From Octopus vulgaris (Eukaryota): 64,000 bases of DNA. Position 1 is the first letter of the stretch. The number at the start of each line of letters is the position of its first letter. Shown one piece after another: positions 1-14,200 of the stretch. The position numbers were made by a program, and so were the translations under genes. The stretch covers positions 27,528,001 through 27,592,000 of the forward strand of contig OX597815.1 in the NCBI GenBank assembly GCA_951406725.2, written 5' to 3'. The notes below the pieces were generated by a model that made no database searches, was not told the origin of the DNA, and saw nothing but the letters and a program-made list of their open reading frames with translations.

Positions 1-22
1 CTACTACTACTACTACTACTAC

Positions 23-64
<42 letters not shown>

Positions 65-372
65 TGACGATGATGATGATACTAGTACAACAAGCAACAA
101 TTAAGAACAGTACACACGCACACACATACAATAACGTGTGTGTGTGTGTGTGTATGTGTGTGTGTGTGCGTGTGTGTGTGTGTACATATATATATATATA
201 GGTGAAAAGAAAGAAAAATCAAGGAGGTGAAGATGGGTTGGAAGGGTGGGGACCTAATTAGACTAAGTCTTTCAAACAAGATAACCCTGCTCCCTGTATA
301 GGCACACTTACTATTTCATCCCCTCTTTCTCTCTCTCTCTCTCTCCTCTAGACAGACTACCGGAACTTTGTA

Positions 373-426
<54 letters not shown>

Positions 427-479
427 ATATACTGTTTCAGAAGTATTTGTCTGTTGTTGATCCCTTTCCTCTCTTTTCA

Positions 480-3400
480 GCATCACTACCACTACCCCAT
501 CGCCTTCCAGCCCCGCCTCGACCCTCCCATAAAAACTCCTTCCCCCACAACAGCTGCCGCCCCTCGCCTTCACCACCACCACCACCGCCGCCGCCGCCAC
601 AGCTGCCTGTACTGTTATCGCGTCAACACCACCAACGCCACCACCACCAGCACGCTACCTTCGTAGTCATCGTCACTAGCACCACCACCACCGTCATCAC
701 CACCATCGTCATCACTATCACCATCGTCAATGTCATTTGTATCATCAACACCATCTCTGCTAACTCCAGTACCGTTAACATCATGTGCTCGCATCACCTT
801 TTACTTCCCAATGAAACCATTATTACTTCTGCGATAATTAACATCATCAACAATTACCTTCACCACCACCACCACCGCCGCTATCGCCAATATCACCGCC
901 ACCACATCACCTCTGCCTCAATTTACCAATACTATTTTCTAACACAAATACTACCAACACATTAACACGTCTGCCACCACTAACACTTCCATTACCATCA
1001 CCCACCACCACCACCACCACCACTAACACTGCCTCTACTACCATTGCGTTACCTCTACCATGGCTAACACCACTACTTTTCCCCCGCCACTACCCATACC
1101 AATCACCACCATCACCTCTACCTCAACTTACACCACTACGTTATCTCAACAGATACCACGAGCACATTGCTTAACCTAACACCATCACCACATTGCCTCC
1201 ATCCATCCTCACTATATTACCTCCAGCAACACCAATACGTTATCGCTGCCTCCAGCAATAACACCAACACATTACCTCCACCAACACCACCAACATATTA
1301 CCTCCTCCTCCACCAAACACCAACACATTACCTCCACCAACACCACCACTGCACTAACTCCACCTCCATCCACACCACCACCACCAATACATTACCTCCA
1401 CCCACACTACCACCACATTCCCCACCAACACCACCAACATATTACCTCCTCCTCCACCAACATCCCCACCATATTGCCTCCACTAACACCACCACTGCAC
1501 TAACTCCACCGCCATCCACACCACCACAATACATTACCTCCACCCACACTACCACCACATTCCCCCAGCAACACCACCAATATATTACCTCCTTCTCCAC
1601 TAACATCCCCACCATATTTACTCCACTAACACCACCACTGCACTAACTCCACCTCCATCCACACCACCACCAATACATTAACTCCACCCACACTACCACC
1701 ACATTCCCCCACCGACACCACCACCACATCCACATCAAGCAACAACACCAACACATTACCTCCACCAATATCACCACCAAATTACTCCCACCTCTACCAA
1801 TACCCCCACTACATTGCCTTTACCTCCACCAACACCATCACTGCATTACCTCCAACTCTACCGACACCGCCACATTACCTTTACTTCCATTAACACCATT
1901 TCCACATTATCTTCACCAACACCAACACCATATTACCCCAACTCACCCATTACCTCCACCTCCATCACATTACCTCTACCTCCACCAACACCACCACCAT
2001 ATTGACTCCAACTCCACCACTACCCACATCACAACCACATTGTCTCTACATCCACCAACACCACCACTGCCTAAACTCAAACTTCACCCCACCACATTAC
2101 CTCCACCATATTACCTTTACCCCCACTCTTACCACCACATTACCTCTACTTCTATTACCTGAATTTCCACTAATATCACATTATCATGCCTCTCCACTAA
2201 CACTACCACATAACATCCATTTTCCACATTACCTCTTATCTCTTATTTCCACAAATTCGATCACCAGTAGCCCATGACCTCCAATTCCATTAACCCACCC
2301 ATATCACATTATTTTCATTCCCTTACCCCAGCACCACCTGAATGTTTACCTTCAACTGCCACTGAACCAACCAACATTTCATTACCTCTATTTCCACAGA
2401 CACCATCACATTACCTCTCCTTTACTATCATTCCTGCTATCACATTACTTTCACCAACACCCAACAAATGTCACAATTTCATGACTCTACATCCATACTA
2501 CCATCATCACAAAATTACCTCTTGGCCTCCATTAAATTCACCATCATCACATTGCTCACCTTCATCTCCTCCATTGCTGTCAATATCACATTTACTTCTT
2601 TTAACACTACTACCACAACTTAACCCCTTCTTCCACATTACTTAAACTAACACAGTTATCTTGTAACCTCTATCTCCAAAAGCAACACCACTCCTCTAAC
2701 ATGTCCACAACGTATCACCTCAACTTCCTCTAACCCCAAACTATATCATCTCTGCCTCTACTAATGCTACAGTCACAAGCCTCAGTGACAACTAACACAA
2801 CTACATTGCCTCTACCTCCACTAACGCCACTTCTTCTTTACCTCTACTCCAACTATCACCACCACCACCAATTTCCACGAACACTACCTCTACATTACTG
2901 GTACTCTATCTATCACCACCACCATTACCTCAAACTCCACTAATGTCACCCATATGTTACCTCTACTCCAAATATAACCATTGCAATTACCTCTGCTCCA
3001 AATATAACCATTGCAATTACCTCTACTCCAACTGTCATCACCATCATTATCTCTACCTTCACTAATGCCACTCATATGTTACCTCTACTCCAAATACAAC
3101 CATTGTAATTACCTCTACTCTAAATGTCACCACCACCATTACTCCAAACTCCACCAACGCCACCCCTACATTACCTCCACTCCAACTTTCATCATCACCA
3201 CTAACTCTACCTCCACTAACGCCACCCCTACATTACCTCTACTCCAAGTATAACCACCGCCATTACCACTACTCCAACTATGACCTTACCACAATGTCCA
3301 CTAACACTGCTCCTACTTTACCTCTACTCCAGCTACTTGGACCACCATTACCTCAAATTCTTCTAACGCCACCCTTATTTTACCTCTACTTTTACCACCG

Positions 3401-3690
3401 CCACCCCTATGTTATCTCTACTCCAAATATAACCACCCCAATTACCTCTACTCAACTATCACCACCATCATTAGTCCTCCCCAACTAAGCCCACCACTAC
3501 GTTACCTCTACTCCAACTATCACCACCATCACCACCACCACCATTTCCTCTACCTCCACCTCACAAACTCCACCTCTATCACAACATTAACATCGCCCCC
3601 AGTAACACCAACACCCTTTTACCTATAGCGCAACCACCACCGAATTTCCAGATTTACCTCTCTCCACCACTAAAACTGCCGCCACAACCA
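480..3690. repeat. C/A-rich, G-depleted low-complexity tract with cryptic minisatellites
   Basis: Recurrent ACATTACCTCCACCAAC and TTACCTCTACTCCAA motifs; GCACTAACTCC recurs at 1351, 1497 and 1640 (~145-bp period); ~30-bp tandem units near 2957-3032. The Thr/Pro/His ORFs follow from base composition. Confidence 0.85.
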
Positions 3691-4369
3691 CAAGATTCTA
3701 TTGACTTGTAATTGTTTTTATTTTCCTTCTCAATGCAAACGTTTCACTCTTATAGGTAGACAAATGCTAAAACATTGGCGCACGCACACACACACAGCAT
3801 ACATCACACATTGTTCATATGGCCTGGACTTCTCTGAACATAACTAATACAACACACACTCTACTGTTGCCTCTCTCTCTCTTTCTTTCTCTCTCTCTTT
3901 CTTTCTCTCTCTCTCGTTATGAATGAGAAATCTATTCCACAAGGAACAGCATGAACAACAACTTTTAACTAATATACTGACTGATTCAGTGTTGTATTTT
4001 CACAACACTAACCCACGTATTCCTGGTCATACCTCACTCGCAGCTGAAGAAATAGTAAAACTATATTAGACAACCGTTTGTTGTTGCTGCTGTTATCGAC
4101 ATCGTCTACATCTTTTATTTTTTTTTTTTCATTTTGTGGGGAAGCTTATACTTTCAGTCTTTCAACTATCATCATTCTGTAAAGCCAACCATCGGCACGT
4201 TGGTTTCTGTGTGTGTGTGTGTAAGTGTGCGTGTGTGTTACTGTTATTTATTTTCGCGGAGAATATTTCCTTCCGTCTCTCCTAGGATATTATATTTGGC
4301 TTTGTTTTCCTCTTTTATCATACTGGAATTAAAGAAGAAAAAATTGGTAAGATTTTTGGCACTATATAT

Positions 4370-4700
4370 ATGTATATATATGTATATATATGCACACACA
4401 CATATACATGTATGCTTACACACACACATATATATACATGTATGCTCACACACACACATATATATACATGTATGCTCACACATATATATACATGTATGCT
4501 CACACACATATATATACATGTATGCTCACACACATATACATGTATGCTCACACACACATATATACATGTATGCTCACTCACATATATATACATGTATGCT
4601 CACACACATATATATACATGTATGCTCACACACACACACATATATACATGTATGCTCACACATATATACACATGTATGCTTACACACACACACACACACA
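4370..4700. repeat. Compound minisatellite, unit ~CATGTATGCTCACACACATATATA
   Basis: About a dozen tandem CATGTATGCT(CA)n(TA)n units. Confidence 0.95.
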
Positions 4701-6050
4701 CTTTTTTGTTTTGTGTTTTTGGTTGTTCTTTTGGCCTGACTTGTTCTTAGGGGGAAAAAAACATCAACCTCTGAAGAACCACATTATATTTTGACCGCTA
4801 ATGCTCAGAGAAATGCATGACCCCCTCAACATCTCATTTCTGTTCTTTTAGAAAAACCAGTTCTTGTGTCTGTGGAAGAAATCATTATTATTATTAGTAT
4901 TTTCCATTCATAATCTCTGCACGAGATACGATATATACCAGTAATATTACCCATTCGATTCCTTTATCAGACAAAATTCACCTTATACCAGCCAAGTCAC
5001 AAGGATTTATTTATTACTACCGCCCTTCGTGTTGTTGATGATGATGATGGTGATGATGGTTGTGCAGACAGTAGGGTAACAAATATTTAAATACGCTTCC
5101 GAATCCAATTGTTGCTGTTGATGTTTAAAACCCAAGTCAGCCTTATTATTAAGCAGACCTATTGTCAATACCGTTCCAGCCATGACCATCCTATTTTTTT
5201 AGTGGATATATATATATATATGATTGCATTATTTAACGATTCCTGTCTTATATAAGAGAGTGATATGTGATTTGAGAGAGATTTGACAACTATTTCTAAC
5301 GGGTCGAGTGTTCACATTGGCTCTCAGTGAATCCAGTTGTTCCGGGTTCAATCTCTGTTGGAGTCGTTCACCTGCTTTAATACCTCAATATATATAAATA
5401 CCAATAATATACTGTAATCAATTGTATAGCCTTCCTCCCTTTCATAAATACAGCTCGGCTCATTGTTGCAGTTATGTTATACAATAATATATAAGGGAAA
5501 ATGACTTTGTGTCTAAATACAAATCAGAATTATTGTTGTCGATGAAGTCTGTGACCATCACCTCTGGCGGGTTGAATCTGTGATTCGATTTACGATTTCC
5601 AGCTAGAATCGTTTCACCAACGTTAAGTTCTTTATGAAAGCATCAGCACCACAATATCTCATTTCCTTTCGTTTTAGGTAAATGTTCTCTCGGGGAAAGA
5701 CAAGGAACGTCACAACACCATAAAAATGTAAACATCTTTGCCCGTGTTAAAAAGAACTGACAACTGTTTATTGATTGTTAAAGAAATATTATAGCTGCAC
5801 CCCATTCCACTATTTCCCTGTCAAGGACTTATTGTCTAACAGACATTGTTATTTATTGTAGACATATGCTCTCGGCAAAATAGTGTTTGCGACTCGGTTT
5901 CGGTTCCCGGTTAACGCTTATTTCATGACAGACTTTAATTCCTTTGACAAAGGACACAGACATAGACATTAAAGTATCCCATACTGCTAACCTCTTAAAA
6001 CATTCATGGCCTTGTGCGTAATTAAGTAATATTAATAACAATGATCGTTA

Positions 6051-6087
<37 letters not shown>

Positions 6088-6153
6088 ATTATCAGAGTTT
6101 ATAATTTGCTAAACTTGCTGTCCGTATCTATCTATCTATCTATCACTCTGTAG

Positions 6154-6387
6154 GTTGTGTGTGTATGTGTGTTGCTGTGGTGGAAGAAGAAAAGGCGGCG
6201 AACGTGCCATGTGCAAAATGTGATGGTTGGGAACATGCAACTTTAAGCCCAAAGACTGTTGCAACAACAGCAGCAGCAGCAACAACATTAACTACAACAC
6301 TGGCAGCGGCATCAGCAGCAGCAACACTGGCAGCTTATTACGGTCGCACTGTGCCAAACTCGAAAGACATGATTCCTGCTTTGTTCT
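6154..6387 (+). other. Candidate exon (5' UTR or first coding) of an unidentified gene
   Basis: Acceptor ctctgtAG (6152-6153), donor TCT|GTAAGC (6388), higher GC than flanks, open frame from ATG 6165 or ATG 6369 (MIPALF, phase 1). No homology recognised. Confidence 0.35.
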
Positions 6388-6582
6388 GTAAGCAACCTAT
6401 TTTATATTCTCTTTCAACTTGATGCTAACGTTGTATCTTATTCCATTTTTTTTTCACCCCCCTGAGAAGAAAATGAAAAAAAAAAAATACACGCGTATAT
6501 TTGGTGCACATGCTTCACACACACATTAATATTTACTCTCACACACAAATACACTAAAAGCGTTTATGTTTTTGTCTCGCAG

Positions 6583-6721
6583 ACAAATTCTTCAATAGAA
6601 AAGTTAGAAGTTTTGTACTAAGTATTTAATTTCTTCAGTATTAAAGGCGAGAGAGTTGAGAAGATGCTCCCGTTTTCTTTTGGTTAATGACCCAATAAGG
6701 CGCTGATGATAATGATAGTAG
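6583..6721 (+). other. Candidate exon
   Basis: Polypyrimidine acceptor ttttgtctcgcAG (6581-6582), strong donor AG|GTAAGG (6722); ATG 6706 reads MIMIV, phase 1. Confidence 0.3.
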
Positions 6722-7539
6722 GTAAGGTTAGAATGATGATGATGATAATAATTATGATGATGATGATGATGGCAGTGATGTTGATGATGATGATGATGGC
6801 AGTGATGTTGATGATGATGATGATGATGAGAGCAATCATTGACTATAAGGATTGTGATAACATAATTGCTAATTATTAAAAAATTCATTAAAAAATTGAT
6901 GACAAAAAAAATCATCAGTTATTACTTCATTTCTCTTTTATATTATATTATATAATGTTATCTTTATTAATATCAACTTTAATATCTTTTGTACAGAAAC
7001 TATATATATTTACATATATTTTGGTATGAAGTTATATAATTGATCACTTGAAATAAATACATTATCCAAAAATCAAATTAAACAAAGGCTTACAAAATAA
7101 AAATAAATAAATAAATAAATGGGAATGGAAATAAAGGAAAAAGAAAAAAAAAATGTCACCATGGCCCAGACAGAAAAACTCCAGGAGAACAACGGATTAA
7201 TGAAAGAGAGAGAACAATTACAGACAATTATACACACACACACACACGCACACATATATATATACACACACACATATACACGAGTATATATCATGTATAT
7301 AAGTGTGTGTGTGTTATGTATACCCCAACCCATGCCAGCATTGAAGAAGGATGTTAAATAATGATAATGATGTGTGTATAATGTACATATATTTGTGTAT
7401 GTGTGTGTGGTGTATGCATGTATAATTATACAAACATGTATATATGTATGTGTATAAATATACACATGTATATACAATATGTGTGTATGTGTACATATGT
7501 ATATATGTATGTATATCTGTGTTTGTATACATGTATATA

Positions 7540-7570
<31 letters not shown>

Positions 7571-7582
7571 TTGTATGTATAT

Positions 7583-7969
7583 TCTTTTACTTGTTTCAGT
7601 CATTTGACTGTGGCCATGCTGGAGCACTGCCTTTAGTCTAGCAAATCGACCCCAGGACTTATTCTTTGTAAGCCTAGTACTTATTCTATCGGTCTCTTTT
7701 GCCGAACCGCTAGGTTACAGGGACGTAAACACACCAGCATCGGTTGTCAAGCGATGTTGGGAGACAAACACATACACACACTCACATACATATATATACA
7801 TATATACGACAGGCTTCTTTCAGTTACCTTCTACCAAATCCACTAACAAAGCTTTGGTCTGCCCGAGGCTATAGTAGAAGACACTTGCCCAAGTTGCCAC
7901 GAAGTGGGACTGAACCCAGAACCATGTGGTTGGTAAGCAAGCTACTTAGCACACACCCACTCCTACACC
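7583..7969 (-). mobile_element. tRNA-derived SINE family A, full length
   Basis: Reverse complement of the copies at 24241 and 54760; Pol III A/B-box-like head, central microsatellite, conserved 3' half ending GAAACAAGTAAAAGA. Confidence 0.9.
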
Positions 7970-7981
7970 TATATATTTCTA

Positions 7982-8012
<31 letters not shown>

Positions 8013-8298
8013 GTCTGTGTGTCTATGTATATACATACAGACAACCATCCCTTCACGAGGTTAACGTACCCTCTAATTTTATGTATATATATGTATGTGC
8101 ATATTTGTGTGTATATATATATATATGTATACATATAATGTGTGTGTGTATATATGTGTATGTATATCATTTTCACATCAAATTTTTTATGCTTGCATGG
8201 GTTAGAAGAAATTTGTTGAGGCATCTTTCTGTGGCTGGATGCTCTTCATGTTGCCAACCCTCGAATTTTCCCAAATGAGAAAACAGCTTACGTGTATA

Positions 8299-8344
<46 letters not shown>

Positions 8345-9494
8345 GGTATTAGTATACATTTAAGAAGTTCACTTCCCAACCATGGAGTGGTTGTATTGAT
8401 CCACATCATGTGGTACTGTAGTTAAATGTTTTCTACTTTAGGCCCATGTTGACAAAAACCTTGTGGAATAGATTTGGTGGATGGAAACTGAAAGAAGCTC
8501 CTATCGTGTGTGTGTGATTGTGTTTCCATGCCTTGATGTTATGTGTTGACAAGGGGTAATGTTACCTTGCTTGGAAACAGATAATTGTCGGCAAAGAATG
8601 TCTTTCATTATCATCATCATCGTCATCATTTAATATCTGTTTTCCATGCCGGCATGGGTTAGACGGTTTAACTAGAACTGGTAAGCCAGAGATCTGTATG
8701 TACCTAGTTCCAGTCTGATTTTAACTTGGTTTCTATGGCTGGGTACCCTTCCTAAAGTCAACCACTGTACAGAATGTATTGGGTATCTTTGACCTGTCAC
8801 CGGCACATGTGACTTTCACATGTCACCAGCACTGCTACCTTTTACATGTTGTTGGTACAGATGGCTTTTATGTGTCACCAGAACAGATGCCATTCACATG
8901 TCACCAGCACTGGCAACAACCACTATTCACTTGGTTTGACATGTCTTCTCAAGTGCAGAAAACTACCTCATGGAAACATAGAAACTTATATGTTAAAATG
9001 ATAACAAAAATGATGATAATGCATTCATAGATTATATGTATGTGTATGTATGTAGGCATCCATACACACATATACATATATGCATTATACACTTGTGAGT
9101 GGATTTGTCTATTAAAACAAAGATTGGAACATGTGATGTTATTTTAATATCATGTTACATGTGTTTCATTACAATATGGGAAATACATTTTATGAATACA
9201 AATATTAATATTGATAATAATAATAATAACAATATAGCTATAATAAATTCATAAGACATACATGTAGAAATATGTTGAGTATCTGTCATTTGTAAATCTT
9301 CATATATAGATTCATGTATGCACTAACATTTGTGTCAACTTTTATGCAATCAACATTTTCCAAAAATTGTGGTTGGTCCTACTCAAGCCTTCACCACTGA
9401 AAACCATTTATCTGTATGGGTAATCTAACAGCTATGGCCTTAGCTGATAAACCCTCATATATCAAAGCCAAACATATATCAAAGCCCTCATATA

Positions 9495-9850
9495 TCATCA
9501 TCATCATCGTTTAACATCTGTTTTCCATGCTAGCATGGGTTGGACGGTTCGACCGGGGTCTGGGAAGCCAGGAGGCTGCACCAGGCTCCAGTCTGATCTG
9601 GCATTGTTTCTACAGCTGGATGCCCTTCCTAACGCCAACCACTCTGTGAGTGTAGTGGGTGCTTTTTACGTGCCACAGCACAGGAGCCAGAGGAGGCTGG
9701 CAAACGGCCACAATTGGTTGGTGCTTTCTACGTGTCACCGGCACGGACACCAGTTAGGAGGCGCTGGCATCAGCTACGTTCGGATGGTGCTTTTTACGTG
9801 TCACTGCCACGGGTATCTTAACTACAATTTCCATTTGATTTTTATTTTGA
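9495..9850 (-). mobile_element. Retroposon family B with (GAT)n tail
   Basis: Shared block CTGGATGCCCTTCCTAACGCCAACCAC and internal TGCTTTTTACGTG sub-repeats; more than 10 copies in the window. Confidence 0.85.
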
Positions 9851-9864
9851 TGTTGGTGTTAACT

Positions 9865-10157
9865 TATCCAAAAAAGAAGCACACTCTAAAGCATTAGAGC
9901 AGTAATGTTTAGGAAAATAAATGTTATGTCTGGTCATAAAGTGACTATTGGTTTCACACCTATAATGTACTTTGCTGTATAGGCAACCTCTCAGATTCAA
10001 ATGGCCATAGGTACATAACCTCTCTACAAGTAGAGGAAGATGTCACCTAAATCGCTAAGCATTTTATAGGTGTGAGACCAATGGTTACTGTCTGACTGGC
10101 CATTCCTAAAAAAACATAACTGTTCTAATGTTTTAGAATGCGCTTCTTTTTCAGATA
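9865..10157. repeat. Foldback element / long imperfect inverted repeat
   Basis: Left arm TATCCAAAAAAGAAGCACACTCTAAAGCATTAGAGCAG...TTGGTTTCACACCTATAA matches the reverse complement of ~10058-10157. Confidence 0.8.
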
Positions 10158-10329
10158 TATGAACTACTATCAATGTGTGTGTGTGTGATTGTATATGTGT
10201 ATGTGTGCATATATGTATGCATATGTGTGTATATCTATGTTTTTATATATATATATATATATATGTGTGTGTACATGTAAGTGTGTGTATGTGTATATAC
10301 AGAAAGAGAGAACAATGTTTTCAAGATTA

Positions 10330-10490
10330 ATCAGCTGAAATTGCGAGGATGATCCGGTTCTTGACTGAAGATAAAAGGCTTCGAATGACCCGTCCGTGTT
10401 TTTTTGTATCGTCTCTCTGGATGTTTTGTTGTCCCTTTTTGTATCACCTAGTTGTCTGGATGTTTTGCGTTCTTGTCCCATTTTGTATTT
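10330..10490. repeat. Dispersed repeat embedded in TA microsatellite (second copy 42385-42550)
   Basis: TCAGCTGAAATTGYGAGGATGATCCGGTTCTTGACTGAAGATAAAAGG and downstream sequence are shared by both copies. Confidence 0.8.
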
Positions 10491-11164
10491 TATTATATAT
10501 ATATATATGTATGTATAATAGGTGTAGTTTTGTGAAAAGAAGTTTGCTTCCCAACCACATGGGTTTTGGGGATCAGTCCCACTGTGTGACACTTTGGGCA
10601 AATATCTTCTGCTATAGCCCCAGGCTGACCAAAGCCTTATGAATGGATTTGTCAGACAGAAACTGAAAGCAGCCTGTCTTATAAATACATATATATAATA
10701 AATGTGTGTCCTTGTCTTGATGTCGCATGATTGTTGTGAATGAGTGCCATTCATTTCCAACACTTTACGAGAAATGTTTTCATAGAGAATTAGAGAAGCA
10801 AGTAAAGGTTCACCATAGAAAATATATATTAGCATTTGTTTGGTCAATTTTATGCAAAGATATGGTGACCCAGATGTGTGTGTATGTTTGTGTGTATGAG
10901 TATGTTTATATATGTATGTACATATAGATGTGTATGTATGTGTGTGTGTGTATACATATTTAGGTGCAGGCATGGCTATGTGGTTATGAAGTCTACTTCC
11001 AAATCATATGGTTTTGGCTTCAGTCCCCATGCATGGCACCTTGAACAAGTGTCTTCTTCTGTAGTTCCAAGCCAACCCAAGCCTTGTGAGTGGATTTGGT
11101 TAATGGAAACATGGAAACTGAAAGAATCCCACCATTATGTGTATGTACGTATGTATACATACAT

Positions 11165-11360
11165 GAACCAATAATCCCTACACATTTTTTTCTTTCTCCA
11201 TATTTTTTCATTCTCTCTCTTTTTTTTTTTTATTCCTCTCAATCCATTCTACTGAAAAGTATAGGCTTGATACATCAAAGGCTTTTCCATTCTTCCCAAT
11301 ACACCTGCTTGTTGTTCCTTCACCTGTTTTTGTCTTTTGATTTCTGTAAATTTGAACTCT
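11165..11360 (+). mobile_element. Decayed Penelope-like terminal repeat fragment
   Basis: Collinear similarity to 30840-31003, including a degenerate hammerhead-like motif at 11245-11280. Confidence 0.55.
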
Positions 11361-11370
11361 TTACTCCTTT

Positions 11371-11573
11371 ACTCTTTTACTTGTTTCAGTCATTTGACTG
11401 TGGCCATGCTGGAGCACTGCCTTTAGTCGAGCAAATCGACCCCAGGACTTATTCTTTGTAAGCCTAGTACTTATTCTATCAGTCTCTTTTGCCGAACCGC
11501 TAAGTTACAGGGACGTAAACACACCAGCATCAGTTGTCAATCGATGCTGTGGGGGACAAACACAGACACAAAC

Positions 11574-11610
<37 letters not shown>

Positions 11611-11767
11611 ACGGGCTTCTTTCAGTTTCTGTTTACCAAATCCACTCACAAGGCTTTGGTCGGCCCAAGGCTATAGTAGAAGACACTTGCCCAAAGTGCC
11701 ACGCAGTGGGATTGAACCCGGAACCATGTGGTTCGTAAGCAAGCTACTTACCACACGCCACCCCTAC
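11371..11767 (-). mobile_element. SINE family A, full length
   Basis: High identity to the other family A copies. Confidence 0.9.
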
Positions 11768-12039
11768 TATATATATATATATATATATTATATGTGTGTA
11801 TGTATGTGTCTCCTTGTCTTCAAATTGCATAATTGTTGTAAATGGGTGCCACTGTCATGCAAGCTTTGTCATTCATTTCTAATATTCTGCTAAATCATGT
11901 CTGGCCAAGGGGAAATGTTACCTTCCTTGGAAACAGAAGAGTTTTGGGCTGTAGGAAATCTACAACAGTAGACTCCATCTGACTCATGCAATTATGGAGA
12001 AGAGGACATCAAAATGACAATGATGCATGTATATACACT

Positions 12040-12246
12040 ATTGAAAAGTAACTTCCTGTTTTAAAATAATTAGAAATTATTTATTAATTGTAATTTTTAG
12101 AAAAAAAATGGATATGAGAGGAAAGCTTTTAGTATGAAGTTTTATTTATACTTCAAAAAGCGAACACAAAGAATTGTTTAAAAATTTACAATTAATATAT
12201 AATTTATAAGTATTTTAAAATAGGATATTACTTTTCAATCACCCTG
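12040..12246. mobile_element. Tc1/mariner-type MITE
   Basis: Inverted ends ATTGAAAAGTAACTTCCTGTTTTAAAATA and TATTTTAAAATAGGATATTACTTTTCAATCACCCTG; CAGGGTG-type terminus on the right, left terminus eroded. Confidence 0.65.
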
Positions 12247-13089
12247 TGTATGTATGTGTATATATATATACACACATACATACATGCACAGTAGCATCCA
12301 GGGCTGCCACATTATGTTGGCAAATAGTCTTTACTTAAAAGTACTGTTACTGAATATCTCTTTTTGAGAGATATTCAGATATACACACACACACACACAC
12401 ACATGCATACATATAAGAATATCAATAGAAATCACTGAGTTTCAATTCTGGCTGATATAATCTGGCCTGAATCCATCAAAACATAATATTATGTCTTGAA
12501 TTAAGTTATTATATATGTATGTTTTGTATGATATATATTCTAAATTGTACCATTTCATTCTAGTTCCTTCACATTGCTATTGTCATAGCTCTAATTGACT
12601 TTTAAATTTATTGTTAAACACTCCAAGTGTGAATCATCATTTAACTTCTGTTTTTCCAAGCTGGCATGGGTTGGACAGTTTAACAAGAGCTGGCAAGGCC
12701 AGGAGCTGTACCAGACTCCATTGCCTGTTTCGGCATGGTCTCTACAGCTGGATGCCAGCATGGAACATGGACATTAAAAGATGAGGATCATGATCATCAT
12801 CATCATCATCTAACGTCCGTTTTCCATGCTGGCATGGGTTGGATGGTTCAGCTGGGGTCTGGGAAGCCAGGAGGCAGCACCAGGCCCATATATATAAATA
12901 TATATATATAAATAACTTATAAATTTATAAATTTAACCTTTAAAGGTATTTTTTAATATGCTGGCCATTGATAAAAATTTTTTCAAAAAAATTTTATCCT
13001 ACATTAGATGTATATATATATATATCATCATCATCATCATCGTAACGTCCGTTTTCCATGCTAGCATGGGTTGGACGAGGAAGCAGGGG

Positions 13090-13127
<38 letters not shown>

Positions 13128-13564
13128 TGTGTAGGGATGTTAATAGCTGGAGTTTCATGCTGCTAGTTTTGTTTCGCAGGTTGGGGTTAAATGACTATCA
13201 TTAAGATGTTTGTTCTTTGAATACTTGGAGCCATCTGGATATTAGAATTTCTTTCCTGAAAAAGCAAAAAGAAGACAAAAAAAAAGAAACATAAAAACAA
13301 TAGAGAAAATAAAAAGAAAGCTTCATGTTAAAAAAAAAAGTTCTCTTTCAAAAGTTTTAGCTTTGAAGCTTCTTGTTGACAATGTTTGTCAATATATTGA
13401 CTGAAACCTGAGTAAGTTGTTAAATGTGTCTTGTGCATAGAAGGTTAATTAAACATATCAAGTGTTTAAGAAAGAAAGGGAATGAGTAGATTACTCCAAC
13501 ATACAAAATATTAAGAGCAATGAGTGAATTTATTTTTCAGAGTGCATTTATTATTATTCTCATT

Positions 13565-13886
13565 ATTAGGAAGTAGATTGGAAAAAATCATTAGAACATA
13601 GGGCAAAATGCTTTGTGAAGTTTGGCCCGGTTCTTTATGTTCTGAGTTCAAATCCAACCAAAATTAACTTTGCCTTTTTAAAGACAGCGGGTTGGCAGAA
13701 TCATAAGAGTGTGAAAACAAAAATGTGTTGCAGGATTTGAATTCAGTACATAAAGAGTTAATACAAATATCGTTCATCCTTTCAGAGTTGATAAAATAAA
13801 GCACCAATCAAATTGTAATTGACTAACTCCTACCTTCAAAATTGCTGGCACTGTTGCCTAAATCACAAATCATCATCATCTTAATC

Positions 13887-13918
<32 letters not shown>

Positions 13919-14200
13919 CATTATTATTGGAATGGTGGATTGTCAGAATCATTAGAGTAGCAAAATGTCTTAAGGTATTTAATTACAGCTCTTTAGATTC
14001 TGTGTTCAAATGCTGCTGGGGTCAGTTTTCTTTCATCCCTCCAGGGGTTTGATGAAATAAAGTACCAGTCAAGTACTAAGGTTGATATAATCAACTATCC
14101 TTTTAGGGGTTGATAACATGTACAAGTCAAGTACTTGGGAGTCAATTTAACCAAGTAATTCCCCCGTTAGACTTCAGGTCTTGTGACTATGCTAGAAACA
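13565..14200 (+). mobile_element. Cluster of decayed SINE family C copies
   Basis: Repeated TTCTGAGTTCAAAT and TTCATCCTT...GATAAAATAAAGYACCA blocks homologous to 60341-60567. Confidence 0.7.

Noticed and set aside
4370-4700. Regularly spaced repeats resembling a CRISPR array
   Set aside because: Spacers are simple CA/TA runs, there are no cas genes, and the context is eukaryotic.
6209-6391. Frame MCKM*WLGTCNFK... as a selenoprotein
   Set aside because: No SECIS or homology evidence; a short upstream ORF is the simpler reading.
10364-10392. CTGAAGA...GAAT in a dispersed repeat as a hammerhead
   Set aside because: No GAAA, and stems I and III cannot be formed in either copy.
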